Below, piece by piece: positions 1 to 14,365 of a DNA stretch of 64,000 bases (position 1 is its first letter; every line of letters starts with the position of its first letter). The DNA is taken from positions 97,216,868 to 97,280,867 of the forward strand of contig NC_068982.1 in NCBI RefSeq assembly GCF_001194135.2. Reading direction: 5' to 3'. Made by a program: the position numbers and the translations under genes. The DNA comes from Octopus bimaculoides (Eukaryota). The notes under the pieces are model-generated. The model was not told where the DNA came from. It searched no databases and saw only the letters and a program-made list of their open reading frames with translations.

Positions 1-210
1 TCAAGGCATGGCCCCTGCATGGCCAGTCTAATGATTGAAATAAGTAAAAGAAAAGAGATATATATTATATATACAGTGATACCTTGCAGTACAAGTTTAA
101 TTTATTCCATGACTGAGCTCGTCAATTTTTTTAACTGCAAAGACATGCCTGCAGAATGATTACCTTAATATTGGCATCTCATATGACAATAAATCAAATG
201 ATAAGTTTAC

Positions 211-365
211 CTATGTCTGCATAGTTCTTTCTGGCTTCTTCATCCCAAAAGAGTCCATTCTTTAGAGTGTATGGTGTATACTGGGTAAAGAGTAAGACAA
301 CATGAGAGCCAGGGGGAGAAATAGTTGAATCAACACTGGATGGAATCACCATTTCAATGACTGGC
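211..365 (-). CDS. PYROXD2: PYROXD2 exon 13 ([32 protein letters not shown]...NYADI)
   Basis: 155 nt, aag|...|gtaaa; later exons lie before position 1. Confidence 0.95.
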
Positions 366-587
366 CTTTCAAAAAGTAAAAAAGAAGAAGAGAAAAAGAA
401 AAGGCTTATAAAATCAAAAATTATATATATATATATATATCATCATCATCATCATCATCGTTTAACGTCCGCTTTCCATGCTAGCATGGGTTGGACGATT
501 TGACTGAGGACTGGTGAAACCGGATGGCAACACCAGGCTCCAGTCTAATTTGGCAGAGTTTCTACAGCTGGATGCCCTTCCTAACGC

Positions 588-634
<47 letters not shown>

Positions 635-1416
635 TCAGTAGAATAGCAGGTAAAATTATTATATTTGAAGGCTGCGTGAAGAAGTTTACTTTCCAACCAC
701 ATAGTTTTGAGTTCAGTCTGACTGTATGGCATCCTTAGCAAGTCTTCTACTATAGCCCTTGGCTGACCAATGTCTTGTAAATGGATTTGGTGGACAGAGA
801 CTGAAAGAAGATCATTGTGTATATACATAAACTAATAACACCTTTGTTGAAACTTGCTCCTCTTGTGTTCGTTTTCTTGTTTTTGCTCATTCACCATGTG
901 TGTGTGTGTGTGGGGGGGGTGTCCTTGTCTTAACATCATGGGGTAGTTGTAAACATATGTCACTGTCATACAAACAATGTCATTTGTTTCTGGTCTTCCC
1001 TAAAAGCATGGTCCTGCCACTATTACCTTGCTTGGAGACAGGTGAAGGTTCCTGATAGGAAGGGCATTTGGCCAGAGAAAACCTGCCTCAAAGAATTCCA
1101 TCTGACCCATGCAGGTGTGGAAAAGTGGACAAGGAAACGGTGATGATGGCTTATAAGGCAAACACTTTACCTAAAAATGTCCGAGAAAATCAGTCTATGT
1201 CTTATAAACATACAGTCAGGGTTTAGTTTACAGGTGGTTCAAGAAAAGCCTGCTAAAACAAGCTCATGCATTTCATAAGCCATCAATTGCAGTCATTTTT
1301 AAATGTCAGAAGAATTTGATCTTGTTACTGCAGATTACCTAATTATTTATTAAATCTCTTTAGTTTGGTATTGTATACAGGAGTTTCTCTTACAACTTGT
1401 TTTACTATTACTACTG

Positions 1417-1452
<36 letters not shown>

Positions 1453-4400
1453 AGGGGAGATTAGTGAAGTTCTTGTTAACCTTTTCGATACCAACCTGGC
1501 TGAAACTACCTCTAGCCCTGTAGTACAAATGTCTTGTGTGGCAAGAATGGATGAGGATAGCTGTGTGAAAAAGTGCCACACCCTAGCAGTTGAGGGAACC
1601 TGTGGAAGAGGTATGTGTATATTTGTGTGTGAGTGTTTGTGTGTCTGTAGCCAACACCATCGTCTGACAACCAATGTTGCTGTGTTTATGTGCCCATAAT
1701 GTAGCAGTTCTGTAAAAGACATTGACTGAATAAGTACTAGGCTTACAAATAATAAATCCTGGCATTGGTTTGTTTGACTAAAGACAGTGCTCCAACATGT
1801 CCACAGTCACATGATTGAAACAAGTAAAACGATAAAAGTCTAATCCATTTTAATCCCAAGCAATGCCAGGTATCTCTGCTAGTTTATATATAACACACTA
1901 TAATTAGCTGTCATTTTTGACAGCACAGGGCCAGCTAGTTTCTAACATAAACACTATGTCACAAATTTAATGGGGGTGCCAGTCAATTAAATTAATATGA
2001 TTACTTTACTGGTATTCTATTTTAGTGATCTTTGAAGGGAGAAAGACAGAGATGACCTCTGTGAGATTTGAACTTAAAAAAGAGAGGGCTGTAAATAAAT
2101 ATGGTAAGCTATTTTGTCTGATGCCCTAAAAATTCTATTAAGTAGTTAATGCTTTTAGTGACAAGAATGATGATGATGATGGCAGTGGTCATGGTGAGGA
2201 AAATAATGATACTAATGAGAACTGTAGTATGATGATGATTAGGAGAAAGAATGAGACATGATGATGATGATCCTGATATAATATTAACAAACAATAGTAT
2301 ATAACTGTAAACTTAAAATATCATATAATAACAACAACAGCAATGACAACAGCTAGGTGTAGACATGGTTTTGTGGTTAAGAAGCTAGCTCTGCAACCAT
2401 GTAGTTTCAGGTTCAGTCCTACTGTGTGGCACCTTGGACAAGTGTCTTCTACTTTAACCTCAGACTGACCAATGTCTGTGACTGAATTTAGCTGAGGGAA
2501 ACAATGGAAATATGTCGTATATGTAAATGTATGTGTGTGTCTTGCATTTGTGTTTGCCTCCACATCACCTGATAACAGGTATTGGAGTATTTATGTCCCC
2601 ATAACTTAGCAGTTTGACAAACTGATAGAATAAGTATTGGGGTCAATTTGTTTGACTAAATCATTCAAGGCAGTGCTCCAGCATAGCCATAGTTCAATGA
2701 CTAAAATAAGTCTAAGATAGTAAGAACTAAGCAATAAAGGCTCAATAGTTGAAATTCTCTATTACTTGTGTGAAGGATACCCATTTTGTGCATCTAGATA
2801 AGCTTGATGAATTAAATCAGTGTGTTCACAGTTTAAATGGATGGTACACTGGTGATGTGGCATTGGTGTGTTCTTCTTGATGTTTGGATCAGCAGTAAAG
2901 TTGGGCAGTTCTTTCACAGCGACTAAAATAACATGTTGGTATTTGGAAGGAAAAAAGAAAAATCTCAATTAGCAATTTTTATGACTTTAGATAAATTATT
3001 TATTCAATTACAATTAAACCTTGGGAGAGGCATTATGCCGGTAATAAACACACGCACTGGTTCAGTCCTTTATTAATTTATAAACAGTATTTAGTTTTTT
3101 TGTTAAATAATTTCATTGCACTCTTGCAATCTCTTCAGTAATTTGTCTCTCCACTTACATTTATTTTGAAAATAAATGGAAGTGGAAAGACAAGTTACTG
3201 AAGAGATTGCAAGAGTGCAATGAAATTATTTAACAAAAAAACTAAATACTGTTTATAAATTAATAAAGGACTGAACCAGTGCATGTGTTTATTACCGGCA
3301 TAATGCCTCTCCCAAGGTTTAATTGTATTTCTTTCAACACACGTATCCACTTCCAGAATCTTGCACACGAAATACACATACGAAATTTATTCAATTATTT
3401 GACTTTATTTCTAAACATCAGATCCACTACCACTCCTCTCAAATAAGTTAGCTTTTCAAAACTTTAATTTTATTTGATTGCTTTGTTGTTACACTGCTAA
3501 ACCTCAATATAATTTACATAGTTAAATATGTATATCTAGTAATCAAAACATTGAGAGAGACTGTTACATTCCTGTTGTTAATAGGGAACTGTTGCAAGTG
3601 TTATGCATTAGATAAACTAGCTGATTGCCTAAGGCATTAATATCAGGGTCCTCCCACCACAAGTAACCTACTCAAAATTTTTTGATACAGTTTAAAACAT
3701 GAATGAAACGAAGTGAGGTCATTCTTGGAACAAAGAAGAAAGGACATGGGTAAGTGGCAAGGCAGGGTGAGAGGTCTGTGTGGTGTTATGACCTGTAACA
3801 TGATTCAACATGAAATATTTCAGATTTTACCCAGTAAAAGTTTACTTGATCATAAAACTATAGATTACTTGTTTGCAATTAACTAATTTTCTAACTGGTG
3901 TGAAGGGAGATATAGCTGAAGGATGTTCAGGGGGAAAATTGGAGACGCTTATTGTAGGATTGGGAGAACCAAGTTACACTTTGTTGGACTGGAAGAAGGT
4001 CATGTACTTTGTAGGGCTGGGCCAAGGGTACTGAATATTTGGCACCAGCCTGGTTCTTTTCTTACATGTTATATTCAGTCATTTTTAAAATGGTATGGAA
4101 AAGTTTAGAGGAGACTTGGCTATCATTTCTAGCAAAATGAGCAGCCACATACAAATTGCCAGTCTTCCTCAAAAAATCTTGCCTGTAGACACATGTGCAG
4201 AAAGCCAATTTTTATTATAAATAAATAAATAACTATAAAAGAAAGCACAATTTTTTCTTACCATTGATCTTTGTCACTGGTGAAGAATAATCTATCATTT
4301 CTATTTCTTTGGTAAGGTCACTGGATAAGGTTCCCTGAAATATTGCAAATTAGAAACTTGACTTCATATAAGAAAGTACTTCTACCCTTACTGTATATCA

Positions 4401-7400
4401 ATTTTAGATTACTAACATCTAAAAATAAGATAGTGGAAGGAAGATGACCCATGATGATGATGTTTGCAGGACCTATGGAAACTGGATATTCGGTTTGTTT
4501 GTAGCAAAAACATAGACAAAGTAATTCTAGAGGAATGTAGTTTTAGAAAAGATGGATTGGGAAGGTAGGAAAGATTTTGACTGGTAACATTCAGATCAAA
4601 CGACAAAAGTGTCGTAATTTTGCCTTTTTTTAGCTTTTCATTTATATTTGGTGTGGTTAGAGCTGAAAGTTCTCTCAAGATTAATTCATATTCTGTAATT
4701 TTCTTCAGAAATCACTTTGTAATGGTTATTAAACTCTACTGGAAAACAATGTTGATAATTTTGTCAACATTATATGATCTGTTGCTGAAGGTAGCAAACT
4801 GGCAGAATTGTTAGCATGCTGGGCAAAATGCTTTACGTTTTGGGTTCAAATTCTGCTGAGGCCAACTTTGCCTTTCATCCGTTCGAGGTAGATAAATTAA
4901 GAACTTGTCAAGTTCTGGGGTTGATCTGATCGACTATCCCACTCCCTACAAATTCCAGGCATTGTGCCCATTGTAGAAAGGATTATATCGATCTCTTGGG
5001 AGTTAAATATATTATTTACTTGACAGTTACCAGATGAAGTGGAGTACTACTTACATAAATGGGGTGCTGTTGCTATATACGCACTCACACATATGTACAC
5101 ATACACACTCACTAGCTCACATTCAACAGATTGCCAGTCATTAAACTGATTGGCAATGACGCACTCACCTGCATGCAGCAACAACTTACTCACAAATAGG
5201 GTTTCTTCTCTCTTTCTATTGCTACTACAATGGCTTCTTTCCTGAACTATATGCCCCCATACCCTCTTGATCTAAGATCTTATAGTTCACCCATCTTTCT
5301 TCTTCCTATAACCTCCACTGATTCTTACCTCACAGGCTCTGAATTAGTCTCAGAGAAGGAAGAGTTAGCCAGGGTACTGCAGTCTTCAAGACCTATTTCA
5401 ACTATATAATCCTCCCATTGCTTACAACAAGGAACTGTACTATTCTTTAAAACCTATTTACATCTAGATGGGCTGGATTCTTGACAGTTGTATTTTGGTC
5501 AAATACTTAGTGTAGAACCAGTGCACAACACCTTCATTAGAACGTATTGTACCTCACCCCAAACACATCTTACTATATCACATCAACCACCTTGTTATAT
5601 CACATCAAACATCTTGCTATAACACATCAAACATCTTGCTATAGCACTGTATCTCACATACTTAAGTAAAACTTGCACCAAAACACATTTTACTGCCTCA
5701 TCACCGAACACACCTTGCTATGCTGTGTCTAGGGCACATTTATGCCCTTCTCAAACATAATAAACTATGTCTGAAGCAAGATAGATTTCTGAAAATTGGT
5801 TTAATTCTGCCATAACTCTAAACAAGAAAAAAGAGAAAATGCATTAAGGAAAAGGAAATGGCATATAAATACAAATAATTAACTAATTAAAAAAATACTA
5901 ACTTTTGGAAGAAGATCCAAAAATGTAACTTTAGGAGTGGCATTAGACAATACTGCTTGAGCAATTACTTCAGTACCATCTTCTAGAACAACACCTCTAG
6001 CTCTGCTGTTCTCTATCAGAATGTTGCTGACAGGCTGGAATAAAATACAAGGGAGATAACAGTGGGTTGACCTAAGAATGACTACTTCTTTTGATTAAGT
6101 ACAACGTCGAGCTAGAGTCTATTGAAATGAAATAATTTATTACTCTATTGATACCTACGAAATACAAAACTAGATGCATTACAATGAAGTATTCGATTTA
6201 GTACTCTACTGTCTTAGCTACTACAATTATATGAATAAAACCAAAAACGAAGCATTATGGTTTGTCAATGAATAAGTGCAAGTGAATATAACCAATATAT
6301 TAATCAAATAAATGTATAATGAAATAAATTTAGTTATATATTATTCTTGAAAGGGATAAATGTTAATATACTTTTGTTTTATTAGCAAATAGTTTGGGAG
6401 CTTGAAGTGATAAAAGAAAAACTGAAGTTATTTGTGAAAAGTGTAACTGAATCCATATTTTTATTGGATAAAAATTAAACCATTTTCCCACTCTTATTTT
6501 ATTCTGAGGTATCCTATGACTATTCCTCCTCCTCAACCCATGGACATTAGTATCTCAAGTCCCAGGAATCATAGGGCGAGTTACCTGGTTTCTATGGCAT
6601 ATATGAGGGGCTCCTGAAAAGTTCCTGGCTTTGGGTAAAAGAAAATACAGAAGGATCAGTTAATTATGACTTCATTCGACATATTCCCCTCTCAGATTAA
6701 CGCATTTATTGCAGCAGTCCTACAGTTTTTCTAAGCCCTGTAAAAAAAACTCAGAAGGTTTGGTTTCTAATCAGACCTTTCACAATGCCCTTAAAGCCAG
6801 GAACTTTACAGCACCCCATTGTGAGTAACCAAGATCAAAACATTCCCCCTGCACAGGATGCCAATCTGTCACAGGGTTTTATTTATTTACAGCCGAGTGG
6901 ACTGGAGCAATGTGAAATGAAGTGTTTGGCTCAAGANNNNNNNNNNNNNNNNNNNNNNNNNNNNNNNNNNNNNNNNNNNNNNNNNNNNNNNNNNNNNNNN
7001 NNNNNNNNNNNNNNNNNNNNNNNNNNNNNNNNNNNNNNNNNNNNNNNNNNNNNNNNNNNNNNNNNNNNNNNNNNNNNNNNNNNNNNNNNNNNNNNNNNNN
7101 NNNNNNNNNNNNNNNNNNNNNNNNNNNNNNNNNNNNNNNNNNNNNNNNNNNNNNNNNNNNNNNNNNNNNNNNNNNNNNNNNNNNNNNNNNNNNNNNNNNN
7201 NNNNNNNNNNGGTACATTTTGTGGTTTTTAATGAATTTAACTATTGTTAATTCATATATTCATCATCATCATCATCATTGTTTAATGTCCGCCTTCCATG
7301 CTAGCATGGGTTGGACGATTTGACTGAGGACTGGCGAACCAGAAGGCTGCACCAGGCTCTAATCTGATCTGGCAGAGTTTCTACAGCTGGATGCCCTTCC

Positions 7401-10400
7401 TAACGCCAACCACTCTGAGAGTGTAGTGGGTGCTTTTATGTGCCACCGGTAGTCAGGCTGTACTGGCAACGGCCACGCTCAAAATGGTGTATTTTACGTG
7501 CCACCTGCACAAGAGCCAGTCTGGCGGCACTGGCAACGACCTCGCTCGAATGTTTTTTCACATGCCACCGGCACAAGTGCTTATGTAAAAAGCCACTAGG
7601 TACCTCCACCACCAAAGGACTATGATATGAAATTTTCAGTTGACATTGCATCTCAGTTATGTGAGGGCTTTTCTTCTGGAAAGCACAGAACTGGGAGAAA
7701 AGCAAAATTAACTGAGATGGATGTCAACAGAGAAAATACTAACTTCCAATAGATTGCAATGAAATTTAGAAAGGTAGTGTTGATAATATACATTTTACAA
7801 ATCTAATGATACATGAACATAAGTAAAGATAATACAGTATAATCTCACATTATGTCATAAGATTGAAGAATATAATTACGTGTTATTTGGGTAGATTTTG
7901 AGATAATTTATTCAGTAGATATTCATACTGATAAAATTGAACTCTTTAGTTCACCTTTATCACATCTGAGATCAAGTATCATATATCAACAATACAAGCT
8001 ATAAAACGACCATTTGATTAGTGGATATTATTTGATATTTTAATAATTTACTTCTAATTCTCCATATTATAAAGAGTGGAGTATTTATTAACAGAGTAAC
8101 AATTGTCACCTTGACTGTCCTTCATATCATTATCTTGTCATCTTTGAAACAGGATTTAACCATTTTGATATCAACCTGCTTGAGATTGTCTCTGATTCTG
8201 TTTTTAAACTCTTTGCATTTAAATTAAAACTTTTTATCATAATTTTATATAAGAATCTTTCATTAAACTATGTTCCAAAAGCCAGTTTAATTATAATAAT
8301 AAAAATGTTAATTTACTAAATCAGTCCTAATTCTTAATTATTTTCAAAATAGTCACAAAAGGGTTGAACTACTTATCAGTCATACAAACTGAGGCAAATT
8401 GACTTATGCATTTGAATTTACGATTTAGTGAATAGTAATGCAGTACCCTAAACTCACAGTAATCGTGTCATATATATTACTACAGATAGGAATATCTATT
8501 GGAAAATCAGAAAATTCATGGCTTGTTTCTGCAGTTGACACTGGAAGGTATCAATATTCATCTGAGAAAGAACTAAATGTAAAAATCAAACAAAGATTAA
8601 GAATAATAAAAAAGCAATACCTTGTTTGTGAAAATGTCTACACCTTGGTCTGTGGCACAATTAGCAATTGCCTGAGAGACTGAACCCATACCACCTTGGA
8701 CATAACCCCAAGCACCCTTCACACCTTCCAGCTGACCCATCACATGATGCAGCAATACATATCTATAACAGTAAATACATTTTATATATCAACTCAAAAT
8801 GACTTTTGCATTTCACATTGTATCTAATTATATTAAAGACACATAGGTATTGCAAATTTTAGAAGTGATACTTGATAATTGTAAGCACCTGTATATGTCA
8901 GATAGTGGCTGAGGTGAGAGAATATATTAAAAACGTAAAATTAAAACAGAACACCAAGGATTCCGTGGTACGCGAGTTTCAAGCTTTATACACAAACCGT
9001 CGTTGCATCATTATATGAGTATATAATTGATAGACAGGATGGTTTAAAGCTATCTTCAGCCGCAAATATATTCCATCCCAAGATTACATCACAAAGAAGA
9101 AATCACAAAAATCCCTTTTTCTCTCTCCTGTTTTTCTCCCTTTTCTTTTTTCTTTGTGATTTTATTCTTTGTGATTTCTTCTTTGTGATGTAATCTTACG
9201 ATGGAATATATTTGCGGCTGAAGATAGCTTTAAACCATCCTGTCTATCAATTATATACTCATATAATGATGCAACGACTGTTTGTGTATAAAGCTTGAAA
9301 CACGTGTACCACAGAATCCTTTATGTTCTGTTTTAATTTTTATATTTAAAGACAAATAAGTCTTAATGGCTCTGTTAACCTTGATGGTTCAACACTGTAA
9401 ACAGTAAGAACATATGTATAATTGATGAGAGTCTTGTTGGCTACTAGTGATGCATATATCAAATTTACCCACAAGTCAACCTTAGAACAAACAAGTGGTT
9501 TATATGAAGGAAGAAATGCCTTGCAATTGCTTAAAGCCATAAAAAATGAGATCAACTTTAATGCGCAATCACATTTTCTAATAGCAGTAATGTAAGAAGA
9601 AGGAGATTGTTTTTACCATTTAAAAATGTCATATTGACCAAAAAGGCTTCAGCAGACAAAAACGAATTATATAAAAAATTGTTTTCATGTATCTAAATCT
9701 GTTGTCAAAATTTTCTCTGTAACTAGGCAAAAAAATTATTCTGATTGTTGAGCGAATTTTGAAAATGTAAGCCATTTGGCTACTGAATGGCATATAAATG
9801 TAAACAAAGTGTAAAGTCTATTGCTGTTATGACAGGTAAGATAGATTACTCTACCTTCTTTAGTGAATTTAAGTGAAAGACTGACTTCACAGTTCAGAGA
9901 GATATTTCAATAAGTGTTTAAAATGATACAGCTATTGATTTCTATGAGCTCTTTTGAATTGAGCATCTCCAGGTCAGTAGGACAGAACTTTGATTAACCA
10001 GCCACTACATTTCTGGAATGTAGGAATGGCCATTAACAACTAGTGATGGAATCTTTATGTAGCTACTCAACATGTTGCTGTAGTTGTCAAACCTCTTTTT
10101 CCTTACACCACTTTAGCTAACTAGCGCTCCATCGGTTATGATGATGAGTATTCCAGTTGATCCACTCAATGAAATTAGCATGCGAATGACTGAGTACTCC
10201 ACAGACACGTGTACCCTTAACATATTTCTCAGGGAGATTCAACATGACACAGAGTGTGACAAGGCTGGCCTCTTGGATTACAGGTAAAACTAAGTTTTTC
10301 CAGCTGAGTGGATTGGAACAAAATGAAATAAAGTGTCTTGCTCAAGGACACAATGCACCATTAGGAATTGAACACATGACCTTACGATTGTGAGCAAATA

Positions 10401-13400
10401 ACCCAACCACTAAGCCATGTGCCTTCACAACTAAGCCACATTATTTAAGAAAGGAAATACAAATTTCAGTCCAATATACATTCCTCTGAAACCAAAGCAG
10501 AATGGATACAGCTTGAACATTGATTAAAAAACAAATTGTGATACATATCTATTAAAACAAACCTGTCTCACTTGTTATGGTGTTTTTTCAGCTACCTTTG
10601 GTTTTGTTGAATAGAAATAACTAATGATGATAGGAATAAATGAAGCTATTGACTTACCCACTACCTGAATGATAAGGACTGGTCATTGATCCAATCACGG
10701 CATCAGTTGCCAAACTGGCTTTCAGTGGTTCTGATTCAAACCATTTATTCAAAACCTGAAAGTATCAATGTCATCAAATAGTTGTGAGGCTGGTTTAAGA
10801 AGGAATGGTACAAGAAGATCAAGGCAGACCTAGTAATTTTAAATCACATAAAAACCTGAACTAGATAAATTAGGAGTAATTAAATAGAAATAAGGCAGTA
10901 CTGGCATGGCCGTTGCCAGTACCGCCTGACTGGCCTTCGTGCCGGTCGCACGTAAAAGTATCCACTACACTCTCGGAGTGGTTAGCGTTAGGAAGGGCAT
11001 CCAGCTGTAGAAACTCTGCCAGATCAGATTGGAGCCTGGTGTAGCCATCTGGTTTCACCAGTCCTTAGTGAAATCGTCCAACTCATGCTAGCATGGAAAG
11101 CAGACGTTAAACGATGATAATGATGATGATGATGAAGTTAAGTGGTATATAGTAAAGAGAGATTGTGGAACAAATATATAAAGCAGAATTGATGCAATAA
11201 GTTTCGGACTGGGGGTTAATGATAGCTAGCGTACTGATATGTCAAGGTGTATTACGGGGTAAAGAAGTCAGAATACACATTTGGAAATTGATAAAAAAGA
11301 AAAAAGAAGACATGTTGATTGCTGAAGAGAGGATTATTCAATAAATCCTAATCCCTTCTCTGTGACTAACAATATGGCTTCTGTGGAATCATATCTATTT
11401 GAGACTTCTTTCCCTGTCACACATCAGTAGGCTCTTCTTATTCAGAACTTAGGTGAAATTTGCCAAAAACATCAACCCAGTTTGACATCAGCTCCTCCAA
11501 AGTTTCTGACAAATGGGTCTGTCAGAAACATTACATCATCACAGTTTATACTGAGGCTTTCTCTAACTCACATTCATTTAACGCTGGTAACACAATTCCT
11601 TTTGTGAAACAACTTCTTACAAATCTCTACACAATAGTATAATTTTCTATTTCCCTTTAACTTTCTATACAGGTCTTAAGCACTCCATAAAAGATATTCA
11701 ATATTTCCATCAATAGAAGTATCAAAAATATTTTCTAGCAGGCAGGGACTTGCAACCTAGTTTACTACAACAGACCTAAAACACTCACTCACATGTCAAG
11801 AAAACACTCTTGCAACATTGCACCACCTAACTTTAAACAACACAACTAAAACTCTCAAAGTTGCAACAAATGTGACATATTATTGTCTCTGGTAATTTAC
11901 TATGGTAACCATATATGTGTTGGCACTCTGTCGCTTATGACGTTGAGGGTTCCAGTTGATCCGATCAATGGAACAGCCTGCTCGTGAAATTAACGTGCAA
12001 GTGGCTGAGCACTCCACAGACACGTGTACCCTTAACGTAGTTCTCAGGGATATTCAGCGTGACACAGTGTGACAAAGCTGACCCTTTGAATTACAGGCAC
12101 AACAGAAACAGGAAATAAGAATGAGAGAAAGTTGTGGTGAAAGAGTACAGCAGGGTTCGCCACCATCCCCTGCCAGAGCCTCGTGGAGCTTTAGGAGTTT
12201 TCGCTCAATAAACACTCACAACGCCCGGTCTGGGAACCAAAACCGCGATCCTATGACTGCGAGTCCGCTGCCCTAACCACTGGGCCATTGTGCCTCCACA
12301 GGTAACCATATATACAACATTATTAAATCAGCATCCTAAAGACTATGATACATCTTCAGAGCTAAGATGCACCTTAGCTCTGATCAGTAGCTAATCTTCT
12401 ACAAAGCACAAGTAAGACTCCAATGTTTGCATATTGAGAACAGGGCTGTTCCACACAATACAACATTCTGGAACATATATAAAAGAAGGTCATTTGATCG
12501 ACTGGAGAAAACTAATTTACAATCAGACATGTTTTTCTATCCACATCCTCTGCCACTACTTAAATAGTTTCTCCCCTTCTTAATTAACAAGCTTTGTCCC
12601 ACCATTGCCTAATCCGTTGAATGCATCAATTCTTCTCCCCTCATTCACCATTCTGTGTATCCCAATCTTCCCCACAAACACTTTTACGAGTTATTTCTCC
12701 CAAAAACTGCAGACCTCTAAGAATGTTTTCTCAATCCATTGTTTTTCTATGGGCATTAAACCTACGCAAATTGAAACTGAACATCAGTTGTATAGATTTC
12801 CCCAGTCTAGTGGACGTTTATGAGGGCCATTGGTACTTCAAACACACAGAGACACACACAAAAAAAAAAAAAAAAAAAAAAAAAAGAAAAGAGACAATCA
12901 CATTTTTTCAAACATGATAGAATCCATGTGGACAGTCCTCTTGGTTCTCAACATTTTCCAAACAGAAAATTTGTTGGACAAAAGAAAACAAAACATTGAG
13001 TGAAACTAACCTTGGAAGCAGGGGCTGTCATTAACTCAAGAAATGCTGTTTTATCATGACTCAGTTGTTTTACTAAAAATAGAACAAAATGTTAACATTT
13101 CAAAGGAGAAAATATTTAGTGTAATTGTTAAAAAAAAAAGTTATTTGTTTGTGGCTGTGTGGTGAGAGGATTGCTTCCTAACCATAGGTTTCTGGGTTCA
13201 GTCCCACTATGAGGCACCTTGCGCTAGTGTATTCTATTTTGGCCCCAGGCCAACTAAAGCCTTGTGAATGGATTTGGAAAATGGAAACTGAAAGAAGCCT
13301 GTTGTATATATGTGTGTGTGTGTGTGTGTTTATGTTTGTTTTTATATCCCAACACAGCTTGACAACTACTGTTGGTTTGTTTATGTCCCTGTAACTTAGT

Positions 13401-13579
13401 GGTTCTGAAAAAAGATACCAACATAGTAAGTACCAGACTAAAAAAAAGCATTGAGATCAATTTGTTCAACTAAAACCCTTTAAGGCAGTGCCCTAGCATG
13501 ATCACAGTCTTTTAGTTTTTGTCTACCATGTATTTGTATTTGGTCATCTTGAGTTTTAGAAGCTACTTGTCAAATGTAT

Positions 13580-13646
<67 letters not shown>

Positions 13647-14328
13647 GACCAATTCATGACTGTAGAATGGAGATATGCAAATTGATGTTTGATGATATTT
13701 ATTTCTTTATTTCCCACAGGGGGCCAAACATAGAGGGGGCAAACAAGGACAGACAAAGGGATTAAGTCGATTACATCGACCCCAGTGTGTAACTGGTACT
13801 TAATTTATCGCCCCCGAAAGGATGAAAGGCAAAGTTGACCTTGGCGGAATTTGAACTCAGAACGTAATGGCAGACGAAATACCGCTAAGCATTTCACCCG
13901 GCATACTAACGTTTCTGCCAGCTCGCCACCTTATCCTTGATGATATTGTCAGAGTATAGAAAACCCCAACAGCATTCAATGTGCCACCATTATTTTCCCC
14001 TTACCCTTTTCTCTGCAAGCTGGCAGAATCATTAGCCTGCTGGCCTAAATACTTAGTAGCATTCTGTCTGTCTTTATGTTCTGAGTTCAAAGACTGCCAA
14101 GGTTGACTTGGCCTTTCATCTTTCTGGGGTTAATAAAATAAACACCAGTTGAACAAAAGGGTTCTGAAATAGCTGGCCTTGTGCCAAAATTTGAAATCAA
14201 TAGAAAGCAATGTTTTATTGTAAGTAGTTTCGAGTTTTGGGCCTTGCATTTCTGAACTGAAATGGTATTTGAACTCAGGTCAATATTTGTCTCTAAGTTA
14301 GAAATTATTATTAAACCCACTCTTATGA

Positions 14329-14365
<37 letters not shown>

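Noticed and set aside
514-2563. Short ORFs with YIYI, HTHT, CVCV or poly-I/L runs (here and throughout)
   Set aside because: Translations of microsatellites and SINEs
6785-7323. Long ORFs across N-runs (also 25463-26317, 35325-36033)
   Set aside because: Artefacts of assembly gaps; only the 35.3-kb flank has real PLE coding similarity
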